A DNA stretch of 20,000 nt, taken from the IMG/VR virus record IMGVR_UViG_3300001765_000045. One strand, written 5' to 3'. Made by a program: the position numbers and the translations under genes. This DNA is from an uncultured virus (IMG/VR IMGVR_UViG_3300001765_000045) (Duplodnaviria > Heunggongvirae > Uroviricota > Caudoviricetes). Below are positions 1 to 8,602 of this stretch, piece by piece (position 1 is the first letter of the stretch; each line of letters begins with the position of its first letter). The notes under the pieces are model-generated. The model saw only the letters and a list, made by a program, of their open reading frames with translations. It ran no database searches and had not been told where the DNA came from.

Positions 1-35
1 ATATACATCTAAGCTGATAAAGCTTAGATGTATAT
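1..35 (-). terminator. 15-bp perfect stem-loop, probable terminator closing the upstream structured RNA
   Basis: ATATACATCTAAGCT(1-15)-GATAA-AGCTTAGATGTATAT(21-35). Any minus-strand U-tract would lie beyond the window edge. Confidence 0.55.
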
Positions 36-535
36 AAACTTACATATATTTCCCAAAATGGGTATCCCCTAAACCAAGGGGACCACTACAGTTTTCACTG
101 CCTTGAGCATCCACCCCCGTAGTCATCAAGTTTGTGGTCTTATCTCTTTTACCATATAAGTTCAGCTTATACGGTACTTCTCATTGAGATTATACTTTCT
201 AACAAATTCAGGATCGCACAGTTTCCCTGGTCTTGGTGTATAACAATAAGTTATACTTTAAGATGGCATAAATGTTAAAATAGCTCAGTATAGACATATA
301 TCATATTAATATAATATTGATAATTAGTTTTTACTGATTTTGAGAAGATACTGACAGTATCCTACCTTTTTTAAAGGTAACAGGTATTAGTCCTGCTTCT
401 TTACGATGGATAAACTGTCTACCGTCTTTCGATTACAATATTATGCCTTGGAGAGTTCGTCTTACTAATGATTCATATAAGATTTTAAAATCTTATATCT
501 CCAACTGACTACTACTGTATTTTTCGGTATCGGGT
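36..535 (-). ncRNA. Large (~500 nt) structured non-coding RNA candidate
   Basis: No ORF in the track and richer in G+C than its flanks. Many nested helices: 448-454/498-504, 265-271/441-447, 343-347/396-400, 81-86/134-139, 102-106/126-130, 65-70/77-82. Long-range pair 119-125/506-512. GAAA tetraloops and a G-U pair read correctly on the minus strand. TATAAT upstream, hairpin downstream. Confidence 0.65.
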
Positions 536-539
536 CTAC

Positions 540-545
540 ATTATA
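540..545 (-). promoter_or_regulatory. -10 box (TATAAT) just upstream of the ncRNA candidate
   Basis: Plus-strand ATTATA at 540-545 reads TATAAT on the minus strand, a few nt before the structured region. Weak alone in AT-rich DNA. Confidence 0.35.
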
Positions 546-574
546 TAAGATGTTTAAGAAAAAAAATAACAACC

Positions 575-1702
575 TTAAATATCTATTATACTAAATATTT
601 TTAACGTCCATTTATCTAGTATAAGTGCATATACTTCAATATATCCAGTCGCATCCTTAAAATTATAAGCACCTACTGCAATAATATCACCTGAACTATT
701 AATACCTGTTGAATTACCAAAACGCACATATTCATTTTCACCTATTAATGTATTACCATATTGTGCCCAGTCATCTAATTCATATTTAAATATTGACACA
801 TAACCAGATTGGGTATAAGCATTATCTGCACCTATTATAACAATGTCACCAGTAGAATTAATATCTACTGATATACCAAAATTTTCTTTATTAAAATTAC
901 CTTCTAATTTAGTACCTATTTGTGTCCAAACATCTGAAATATATTTATATATTACTGCATAGCCTCTATAATTATTAGCACCATATGCTCCTATAACTAT
1001 AATATCGCCTGAACTATTTATAGATACTGACCGACCGAAATGTTCATTCTCAGATTCTCCTAATAATGTAACACCTTGTTGAACCCATTTATTATTTATA
1101 CACTTTAATACTTTAACATAACCTTTATAATTATCAGCGGCATAAGCCCCTATTATAACAGTATCACCTTTACTATTAATATCTACTGAATGACCAAAAT
1201 AATCATTGATAGATTCACTTATTATGATATTTCCTTGTAATACCCAATCGATTTTTTTAAATTTATATACTTTAGTAAAACCTGATTTACTATCTAAACC
1301 TATTACAACTGTATCACCTATACTATTAATAGCTAAAGTAGAAGAAAAAAATTTTCGGGTAGATTCACTTAATATTGTACTACCTTGTTGAACCCAATTT
1401 TTTAACATATATTTATAAATCTTGACATAACTGGTATTATCATTAATAGAACATGCTCCTATAGCTATAATATTACCTGGACCATTAATGGATACTGATA
1501 TACCAAACTTATCTCCCCATTTTTCACCTATTAATGTATCACCATACTGTTTCCATAGACCTGATATAAATTTATAAACTTTAGCATACCCTGTATAATT
1601 ATAATCTCCATAAGCCCCTATTATAACAGTGTCACCTTTACTATTAATATCTATTGAATAACCAAAATATTCGTGTGCTGAAATTCCTGTCATTAAATTC
1701 AA
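575..1702 (-). CDS. FG-GAP repeat seven-bladed beta-propeller protein (copy 1, no MNMGYSNWS leader)
   Basis: Seven ~53-aa repeats FGxSVxINxxGDxvxIGA...GYVKxYK...W. TTG start with AAGGAG (1714-1709) 6 nt upstream. Confidence 0.85.
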   Translation of the reverse strand: MNLMTGISAHEYFGYSIDINSKGDTVIIGAYGDYNYTGYAKVYKFISGLWKQYGDTLIGEKWGDKFGISVSINGPGNIIAIGACSINDNTSYVKIYKYMLKNWVQQGSTILSESTRKFFSSTLAINSIGDTVVIGLDSKSGFTKVYKFKKIDWVLQGNIIISESINDYFGHSVDINSKGDTVIIGAYAADNYKGYVKVLKCINNKWVQQGVTLLGESENEHFGRSVSINSSGDIIVIGAYGANNYRGYAVIYKYISDVWTQIGTKLEGNFNKENFGISVDINSTGDIVIIGADNAYTQSGYVSIFKYELDDWAQYGNTLIGENEYVRFGNSTGINSSGDIIAVGAYNFKDATGYIEVYALILDKWTLKIFSIIDI

Positions 1703-1818
1703 AATCTACTCCTTGATTTATTTACATATGGTAATACAAAATTCTCCAAATTATTAAAAAAAATTAATAACTACTAATAGTTATTAATTTTAAATCAATG
1801 TGATTTTTAATAATTTTT

Positions 1819-3162
1819 TTATGGTGTAGATTTTATAGATAGAAATAATTGTTCACGATACTTTGTTAAAAAATCTATAATAAACTCATTACCTTTAGGA
1901 CTTATTACTTTAGAATTAGATATATCTCCATAATAGTAATAATGTTTAAAAGGTAATGAACTTTTAACCAATTCTTTTTTAAGCTCTGGATTTTGATCTA
2001 TTTTAGCTTTAATAGCATTTATAATAATTTGCTGAAAATTATCTATATATATCTTAGGAAGATCTTTAGCGAATTTTTTAACTTCATAACCCGACATATT
2101 TTTTAACTCCGGGTATTTATATCCTGTAGATACATAGTACCAAAATCCTTCCAAGTTTTTAAAATATCCGTGTTGAGTATCATTAAACCCAATATCAGCT
2201 AAGTTACTTAAGTCTCTACCTAATTGAGTAGTACTTTTAGTATAAATATTGATATGATTAATTCCATCTTGAAGAGGAGATATCTCAAATGTATTTTCAA
2301 GATGGTGTTTTTTAAATTCTTCTAATCCTTTATCAAAATTACCTGATTTATTTAATTGTAGCCATATGTCTTTAATGACTTCTCCATGGCATGGAGCTGG
2401 TGCACAAAAACACATAAGTTCACTATCTGGTTTAATTTCACGAAGACTGTTTAGTATATCATAATCTTCATTTATTATAGAATTATTAAGATATTCCTTA
2501 TATTTAGCTATAGCTTCTAGTCTAGGAAGTTCTTTAGTAATAGGATAAGGGTTACCTAACGGACTTCCTCTTCCTATATATATAGTTTTATTAGTAGGTT
2601 TATCCTTATATTTATTCAGGATTTTTATTCCCGGTTTTTTACCTAATGCTAGTAATTTCTTTACTAATATTTCAGTATTCGCTTTACTAGCTAAGTTATA
2701 TACGGGTATATCATTTTTAGAAGCTATTGATATAGCTGTACCTGTTCCACCTGTTTCTTTTGTTCTATTACTATGATTTTCACAAGCATCAGGTGTCCAA
2801 CACACAACAAAATCTACTGGTGTTTTTAAATTTTGTCCAAGTATCTGTCCAATATTTCTAGCATGTAAAAGTTTAACATACTCAGATAAATTATCCCATA
2901 CTGGATGTATAGAAGATGCTATTTGACGATGCTGTATAGTTGGGTAATAATTATATGATTTGTGATCATTAGTTTTCTTAGGCAACCATATTTCTTTTTT
3001 ACCTTGAACTGCATCACATCCATATTCAAAAGCTTTATCACTACCATCAGCTGCTCCTGATCTTAATGTATAACCTATTTTAGCTAAATGTTTAGCTAAA
3101 ATAGACATAGTGAATATTATACTTTCCGGAACTTTTCTAGACCCTATGCCAGCATAAAACAT
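1819..3162 (-). CDS. Three-domain fusion: SLOG/DprA-like + DUF4326-like + NADAR-like phage domain
   Basis: N-terminal YAGIGSR..LRSGAADGSD..GGTGTAI..IPVYNL (SLOG). Middle YIGRGSPLGNPY..LMCFCAPAPCHGEVI (DUF4326). C-terminal DGINHINIY..LGRDLSN..F..LEGFW (NADAR-like; least certain). Confidence 0.7.
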   Translation of the reverse strand: MFYAGIGSRKVPESIIFTMSILAKHLAKIGYTLRSGAADGSDKAFEYGCDAVQGKKEIWLPKKTNDHKSYNYYPTIQHRQIASSIHPVWDNLSEYVKLLHARNIGQILGQNLKTPVDFVVCWTPDACENHSNRTKETGGTGTAISIASKNDIPVYNLASKANTEILVKKLLALGKKPGIKILNKYKDKPTNKTIYIGRGSPLGNPYPITKELPRLEAIAKYKEYLNNSIINEDYDILNSLREIKPDSELMCFCAPAPCHGEVIKDIWLQLNKSGNFDKGLEEFKKHHLENTFEISPLQDGINHINIYTKSTTQLGRDLSNLADIGFNDTQHGYFKNLEGFWYYVSTGYKYPELKNMSGYEVKKFAKDLPKIYIDNFQQIIINAIKAKIDQNPELKKELVKSSLPFKHYYYYGDISNSKVISPKGNEFIIDFLTKYREQLFLSIKSTP

Positions 3163-3173
3163 ATTTTATCCTT

Positions 3174-3214
3174 AAAAAAATATATACACCTGTACTATTA
3201 CTAGTACAGGTGTA
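3174..3214 (-). terminator. Intrinsic terminator
   Basis: 13-bp stem TACACCTGTACTA(3185-3197)/TAGTACAGGTGTA(3202-3214). A-run at 3174-3180 gives a U-tract on the minus strand. Confidence 0.75.
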
Positions 3215-3226
3215 ATAATTTATCTA

Positions 3227-3625
3227 TTAAATTTGTTCAATATGTATATTTTGATACCCTAATGCTAATAAAGCATCACGTATTCTGGATATATCTACTA
3301 CTGATATATCTGTTACTGTTACTCTAATATTAATAGATTCAATAAGTTCAACACTTGTCATGTTAATCCATTGATCAGCTAATACTATAGTCGATCCATT
3401 TTCTGCTTTAAACTTATAAAAAATAGATGTTCTTACTTGATCAGGTGTACCCACTGGTAATAATGGATACACATTTCTATATTTAACATCTATTTCATCA
3501 TATTTACGGGCTGTCTCATAATCCATAATACCGTTAAGTTTAGCATTTTTAACTATAGTCCCAAGTAAAGCTGGAGCTGTTGTTGAAAATGAATATATTT
3601 TATTTAATTCAAAAGGGTAAGACAC
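3227..3625 (-). CDS. Hypothetical protein, probably conserved in phiKZ-like phages
   Basis: 132-aa ORF with AGGAG RBS and GTG start. The YSFxTxAPALLG N-terminus recalls jumbo-phage conserved proteins (from memory, unverified). Confidence 0.7.
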   Translation of the reverse strand: MSYPFELNKIYSFSTTAPALLGTIVKNAKLNGIMDYETARKYDEIDVKYRNVYPLLPVGTPDQVRTSIFYKFKAENGSTIVLADQWINMTSVELIESINIRVTVTDISVVDISRIRDALLALGYQNIHIEQI

Positions 3626-3636
3626 AATTAATTCTC

Positions 3637-4077
3637 CTAAGGTCTAAATACCAAATTATCATACTCTATATTAAGAACATGTGCTGTTACAGTTATATAT
3701 GTACCATATATATTATGTAATATATACACATTTTCATCTGATTCTGGTAGATACATAGAGATATAATTATATAAATACATTAACAGTAATTGTAACTCTG
3801 TTTTATAAGCATTAAATAATGGAATATCTTCTGCAGCTACCTGGGCTATAAAAGTATGATTTTCTACAGCCATTAAAAATCGGTATTTATTATCAATATT
3901 GGTAATAATAAAATGTGTGATATTGTTAAGAGTTTCAATTAACTTACGTGAACTTGAGTATTGAACTACCGGGGGTATATTAAATATTTTATACAAAAAA
4001 TCTAAAATATACCCCATAGGTTCTTTAAAATCTATTATAATTAATTCTTTATGAAATGAACCTGGTATAGATTGCAT
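3637..4077 (-). CDS. Hypothetical protein
   Basis: ORF in a tightly packed operon. The ATG at 4077 directly follows the upstream stop, so it is preferred over the TTG at 4089. Confidence 0.65.
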   Translation of the reverse strand: MQSIPGSFHKELIIIDFKEPMGYILDFLYKIFNIPPVVQYSSSRKLIETLNNITHFIITNIDNKYRFLMAVENHTFIAQVAAEDIPLFNAYKTELQLLLMYLYNYISMYLPESDENVYILHNIYGTYITVTAHVLNIEYDNLVFRP

Positions 4078-4079
4078 TT

Positions 4080-4496
4080 TTAACACCAAGAAATTACAGC
4101 TGTTTTAGGACTTATCCAGTTTTGAATAACATATCGTTCATATTCATTACTAGATGCTATATTAAAATTAATTAATATGTTATTCAAATATGTGTCCAAG
4201 TATATAACATATCTATCGTTATAAAAACCAGTTGTTTCGAAATCTTCATCATCTAAACTAACACGTTTTTTATCTAGTATATGTGTAATACTTTCCATTA
4301 CAAATTCTGAATAACTGGGTGTTGGTTCTGAATTAGCTATAATTGTAATATAATCACAAAAATCTATATAGTTCCTTAATATAGCTGGAGCATTTTGTAG
4401 ATAATTGTGTTTAAGTTCAGTCATATCAACTATAACTACTGATTCACCTAATAATTGTGAATATGTATTACTAGATCTATTTTCATTCATTATCAT
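4080..4496 (-). CDS. Hypothetical protein
   Basis: 138-aa ORF overlapping the upstream gene's stop (translational coupling). Confidence 0.65.
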   Translation of the reverse strand: MIMNENRSSNTYSQLLGESVVIVDMTELKHNYLQNAPAILRNYIDFCDYITIIANSEPTPSYSEFVMESITHILDKKRVSLDDEDFETTGFYNDRYVIYLDTYLNNILINFNIASSNEYERYVIQNWISPKTAVISWC

Positions 4497-5142
4497 CCTT
4501 TAGTTGAATATTACACCATTCATAAACTCGATAGTCACATGTTCTTTCAACTATAATGGAGTTATTAAATGTTTTAGTAAAAAATATACTCCACCTATGA
4601 TCTTTAATAATATTATAAATTTCATCAAATAAATTACTAAAATCATCTACATAAATATCTGTTTTGATATAATATATATATTTTTCTTTAATATATGACT
4701 TAAGTTTAGTTTGACTAACATAAGTTCTATAGTACATATAACTATTAATGATCTGATCTATTAGTTCCTTTATAAATAAAAGATATACATAATTAGAATT
4801 AGGTTCTATAGTTAATTGATTTTCTATTTTTTTAAGTTGTTTATAAGTAATATAAAGTTCATAACCACTTCTATTTAATTTATATACATTTCCTTTATTA
4901 ATCTTTATATCATCATTACTAGTGATAACTTGATAATCATTTTCAGTTCTAATATAATATATACTATTAAACTCTATCAATGGTGTGTAAGAGTTTTTGA
5001 TATATATACCATTCACTAGTTCAAATTTATCTTTATTTTTTTCAAACGTATCTAAATGATTATCAAGACTAATGATATATGTTTCCTCAGGTGTAATTAG
5101 TAAATTGGTAACATAATCATTGTTTATAGTAACGATAGTCAC
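4483..5142 (-). CDS. Hypothetical protein
   Basis: 219-aa ORF with a 4-nt GTGA start/stop overlap with the upstream gene. Confidence 0.7.
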   Translation of the reverse strand: MTIVTINNDYVTNLLITPEETYIISLDNHLDTFEKNKDKFELVNGIYIKNSYTPLIEFNSIYYIRTENDYQVITSNDDIKINKGNVYKLNRSGYELYITYKQLKKIENQLTIEPNSNYVYLLFIKELIDQIINSYMYYRTYVSQTKLKSYIKEKYIYYIKTDIYVDDFSNLFDEIYNIIKDHRWSIFFTKTFNNSIIVERTCDYRVYEWCNIQLKDDNE

Positions 5143-5564
5143 TGCATAACTCCTTCAAAAACCCACAAACTGTTACCAACTACGGTTAATTTAATAATTC
5201 TACTACCATTAGTCCGATTACGTCCTAAACTAATATAAGGATCATTAACTAAAATATTATATGTTTTAAGTTTGTAATATAAAGTATTTATAAAAGTTTC
5301 TCCTAAAATATCTTTATAGATACTATCAAATAAATCATTATCTATAAAATTACTTTGTATTCTAGAACCGTTAAAGTTTAAATTGTACTTACTGACATTA
5401 GCAAATGACATGTGAATACAATAATCGAAGAGTGTGTTAATATCATTACGACTTAGTATATATCCAGAAATTAGATATTCAATAGTATTTTCAAAATAAT
5501 CTACTAGATCTCTGATATCTAAAATATGAATCTTGTAATCACGTTCTACGTATGTTTTAGCCAC
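5139..5564 (-). CDS. Hypothetical protein
   Basis: 141-aa ORF with GTG start and AGGAG RBS; first gene after a terminator. Confidence 0.7.
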   Translation of the reverse strand: MAKTYVERDYKIHILDIRDLVDYFENTIEYLISGYILSRNDINTLFDYCIHMSFANVSKYNLNFNGSRIQSNFIDNDLFDSIYKDILGETFINTLYYKLKTYNILVNDPYISLGRNRTNGSRIIKLTVVGNSLWVFEGVMQ

Positions 5565-5600
5565 AGAAATCTCCTATCCCATGTAATATGTCCAGATAAG

Positions 5601-5645
5601 AAAAAAATACCGCTAGAAGCCCATTAGAAGGGCTTCTAGCGGTAT
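5601..5645 (-). terminator. Intrinsic terminator of phuZ
   Basis: 16-bp stem ATACCGCTAGAAGCCC(5607-5622)/GGGCTTCTAGCGGTAT(5630-5645) plus an A-run starting at 5601 (U-tract on the minus strand). Confidence 0.85.
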
Positions 5646-5659
5646 CCATACCTTTTATA

Positions 5660-6643
5660 CTAAAGGATCAAACCTTCATCAGTTGAATCATGCTGTTCTT
5701 TACCGATGATAGATTTTTCGATTACAACTTGACGAGCTTCTTTAAATTGTTCAAGTTTAACATCTAGTTCAGCTGCTTTAATATTGAAATATCCACCAAT
5801 AACACCGGCATGGATAGGCAATTGAACATGGAGTACTTCTTTATTCTCATCCATGATATAACCTACACATTGATATTCAACAGGAATATCTAGTTCTGGA
5901 CTATTATCATCATCACACAAAGTAGCCACAGTAATCAATGAAGTACCTTTTTCAAGAGTGATAGTTTTACTCCAGAAATCTAAATAGTTTAATTTAGACT
6001 GGAAATCAGTTACTCTATGATAATTGATAAAGTTATTTAGATCAGCTTTATCTAGTTCTCTATTTTGACCACTGAATAATACAGCTAACAACATAATAAG
6101 TGTTGTAACTTCATTATCAACTTTACCACGTGGAGTGATTTTACTATTTTCTTTATAACAAGCTACAACTGGATGGTCACATTTCTTAGAAATGTTCTCA
6201 TAAGATTTTAATGTCTTTAGAGTATTTTCTACTTCAATACGACTAGCATTGCTACCTACTATCACAGGAATAACAAGATCACCGCGTTTAACTAGTTCTG
6301 ATACTAGAATAGGACCAATAACGCTTCCGCTACCACCAGATGCACTATGTAGTACAATGTTAACTGTCGATGGTTTATATTGATGAAGAATGTCTTTAAC
6401 ACTCTCACTTAATGCACCATAATTTTGATCACGTTTCTTACCACTACCATCTATACCTTCTAGGATATATAATTTATCTTCATTAATAGTCTTTTTACCT
6501 ATCATATTACTACGACTGGTATCTATATAACAGATATCCATGTCAGCGTAACCTTTATTACTTTTACCTTCATATTGTCCAAATCCACTAGCGATGTTTA
6601 CACCAAATCCACCGCAGGCATAGATTCTTAATTTATCAGTCAT
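5660..6643 (-). CDS. phuZ: Phage tubulin PhuZ/TubZ (tubulin/FtsZ-family GTPase)
   Basis: YACGGFGVNI (T1 loop), IDTS, DGSGKKR, SASGGSGS (tubulin signature), ELDKADL (T7 loop), acidic tail ending DEGLIL. Start moved to ATG 6643 because of the AGGAG RBS; 327 aa. Confidence 0.9.
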   Translation of the reverse strand: MTDKLRIYACGGFGVNIASGFGQYEGKSNKGYADMDICYIDTSRSNMIGKKTINEDKLYILEGIDGSGKKRDQNYGALSESVKDILHQYKPSTVNIVLHSASGGSGSVIGPILVSELVKRGDLVIPVIVGSNASRIEVENTLKTLKSYENISKKCDHPVVACYKENSKITPRGKVDNEVTTLIMLLAVLFSGQNRELDKADLNNFINYHRVTDFQSKLNYLDFWSKTITLEKGTSLITVATLCDDDNSPELDIPVEYQCVGYIMDENKEVLHVQLPIHAGVIGGYFNIKAAELDVKLEQFKEARQVVIEKSIIGKEQHDSTDEGLIL

Positions 6644-6711
6644 TATACTACTCCTATATGTAACCCAAGTTTTAACTGTACTACCAAATGGAAAACCGCG
6701 ACTCATGAAAA

Positions 6712-7209
6712 TTATGTACTACGAAAAATAGCATAATCCCTAAATTTCTTTATTTTGTTGATATATGTATTATCTTTAATACCTCTATAACAAAAAATAG
6801 ATTTTTCAAGATCTCCTTTATGTTTACGAACACAATCACTATATATACCTATTCCTACTCTGATATTATCATCTAAATCTAAAGGTGTTTTTTTAAATTT
6901 ATTCCTATGGTATCTTATATTTACTTGCATGATACCTTGTGAATATTTACCTGGTCCTATAGCTTTACTATTTAAATTACTTTCAATTACCCCTAATGCT
7001 AAAATAGTATTAGGATTAATATCAGTAAATGAACTATAATGACTAATAAGTTCTGTTATTTCACGTATATCCGTATTTTTGTTTTTACATATTTTGTTAC
7101 AGAGATTTTCAGCTTTATCATAATCAATAACATATGATCCAGCTTGGACTGTATTAATTAATAAAAAGATAGATATTACAAATATACTAAATAAACTGTT
7201 GCGCATCAT
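6712..7209 (-). CDS. SLT-domain lytic transglycosylase with N-terminal signal peptide
   Basis: Catalytic IESN, SQGIMQV, NIRVG..Y, and FCY in place of AYN. Hydrophobic N-terminus ending VQA. Confidence 0.8.
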   Translation of the reverse strand: MMRNSLFSIFVISIFLLINTVQAGSYVIDYDKAENLCNKICKNKNTDIREITELISHYSSFTDINPNTILALGVIESNLNSKAIGPGKYSQGIMQVNIRYHRNKFKKTPLDLDDNIRVGIGIYSDCVRKHKGDLEKSIFCYRGIKDNTYINKIKKFRDYAIFRST

Positions 7210-7364
7210 TTAAAAAATCCTTTAAAAAATTTGAATTTACAGAAGAACGGTTAGTGTGATTTTAAATACCTCTATTAAAAAAGTTGAACTAGTTATTTCC
7301 ATATATAATATATATCACTTTTATATAAATAGAAAAGGTCTCATTATATACAAAGGTTTTTATT

Positions 7365-7423
7365 AAAAAAAACTATAACATCTTGAATTACCCCATCCTT
7401 TTATAGGACGAAGTAATTCAAGA
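7365..7423 (-). terminator. Probable terminator after FG-GAP copy 2
   Basis: TCTTGAATTAC(7381-7391)/GTAATTCAAGA(7413-7423) with an inner G-U-containing stem on the minus strand; A-run at about 7365-7372. Confidence 0.6.
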
Positions 7424-7440
7424 CAAATACATGTTAATGA

Positions 7441-8598
7441 TTAAGTATAGACTTTAACATAACCTGTAGAGCTATTAGCATATGATGCTCCTATAGCTAT
7501 AGTTATACCTGTGCTATTAATTGATACTGAAGAACCAAACCTATCACCAGTATTTTCACCTGTTAATTTAGCGCCTTGTAAAGTCCATGAATCAGATGCA
7601 AATTTATAGATTTTAACATATCCTTTATAATTATCAGCTCTATTTGCTCCTATAGCTACAATATCACCTGTACCACTAATAGATACTGAGCAACCAAATT
7701 TATCATAAGAAACTTCACCTATTAATTTAGCACCTTGTAGAGTCCATGTATTAGATATATTTTTATAAACTTTAGCATACCCTGTAGAGCTATTAGAATC
7801 AGATGCTCCTATAGCTACAATATCACCTATACTATTTAAAGATACTGCTGTACCAAAGTATTCACTACTAACTTCACCATTTATTCTACTTCCCTGTAGA
7901 GTCCATGTACCGGATATATTTTTATATATTTTAACATATCCTTTAAAACTCGCACCATAAACTGCTCCTATAGCTACAGTATCACCTACGCTATTAATAG
8001 ATATTGCAATACCAAAATAATCATTAGCAGCTTCGCCGTCTATTCTAGTTCCTTGTAGAGTCCATGCACCAGATATAAGTTTATATACTTTAACATACCC
8101 TTTATAACTATTAGCATATGCTGCTCCTATGGCTATAATATCACCTGGACCATTAATAGATACTGAGATACCAAAGAAATTACCAGTACCTTCACCTAAT
8201 ATTTTAGCACCTTGTAAAGTCCATATACCAGATATAAGTTTATAGACTTTAGCATACCCTGTAGAGCTATTAGCGGCATATGCTCCTATAATTACAGTAT
8301 CACCTGCACTATTAATAGATATTGAACCACCAAAGCTTTGACTAATAGCTTCACCATCTATTTTAGACCCCTGTAAAGTCCATATATTAGCCACATTTTT
8401 ATAAACTTTAACATATCCTACACCACTTGATGATGATATAGCTACAGTATCACCTACACTATTTAAAGATACTGCAGTACCAAAATACTCATCAATAGTC
8501 CCACCTGTTAATTTTACTTGTTCTACTCCAGATATACCATCACTAGCTTTAGTAGTAAAAACATTTATATCACTCCAATTGCTATAACCCATGTTCAT
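7441..8598 (-). CDS. FG-GAP seven-bladed beta-propeller protein (copy 2, MNMGYSNWS leader)
   Basis: Seven FG-GAP repeats after the leader MNMGYSNWSDINVFTTK; ends at a repeat boundary (YVKVYT*). Confidence 0.85.
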   Translation of the reverse strand: MNMGYSNWSDINVFTTKASDGISGVEQVKLTGGTIDEYFGTAVSLNSVGDTVAISSSSGVGYVKVYKNVANIWTLQGSKIDGEAISQSFGGSISINSAGDTVIIGAYAANSSTGYAKVYKLISGIWTLQGAKILGEGTGNFFGISVSINGPGDIIAIGAAYANSYKGYVKVYKLISGAWTLQGTRIDGEAANDYFGIAISINSVGDTVAIGAVYGASFKGYVKIYKNISGTWTLQGSRINGEVSSEYFGTAVSLNSIGDIVAIGASDSNSSTGYAKVYKNISNTWTLQGAKLIGEVSYDKFGCSVSISGTGDIVAIGANRADNYKGYVKIYKFASDSWTLQGAKLTGENTGDRFGSSVSINSTGITIAIGASYANSSTGYVKVYT

Positions 8599-8602
8599 TC
8601 CT
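8572..8602 (-). repeat. 31-bp invariant cassette leader, copy A
   Basis: AGGAATGAACATGGGTTATAGCAATTGGAGT on the minus strand; identical to 11745-11775 and 19782-19812. Confidence 0.95.

Noticed and set aside
281..300. TAGCTCAGT, resembling a tRNA D-arm start
   Set aside because: No acceptor stem or TTCGA T-loop at the right spacing.
1206..1391. 61-aa plus-strand ORF
   Set aside because: Antisense shadow inside the FG-GAP gene; no recognisable motif.
1731..5590. TGTATTAC (1738-1731) and CATATTAC (5590-5583), resembling the phiKZ early promoter TATATTAC
   Set aside because: Only 7/8 matches in very AT-rich DNA; not distinguishable from chance without genome-wide statistics.
6644..6706. N-terminal extension of PhuZ in the ORF track
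   Set aside because: The AGGAG RBS and the tubulin fold start both fit ATG 6643.
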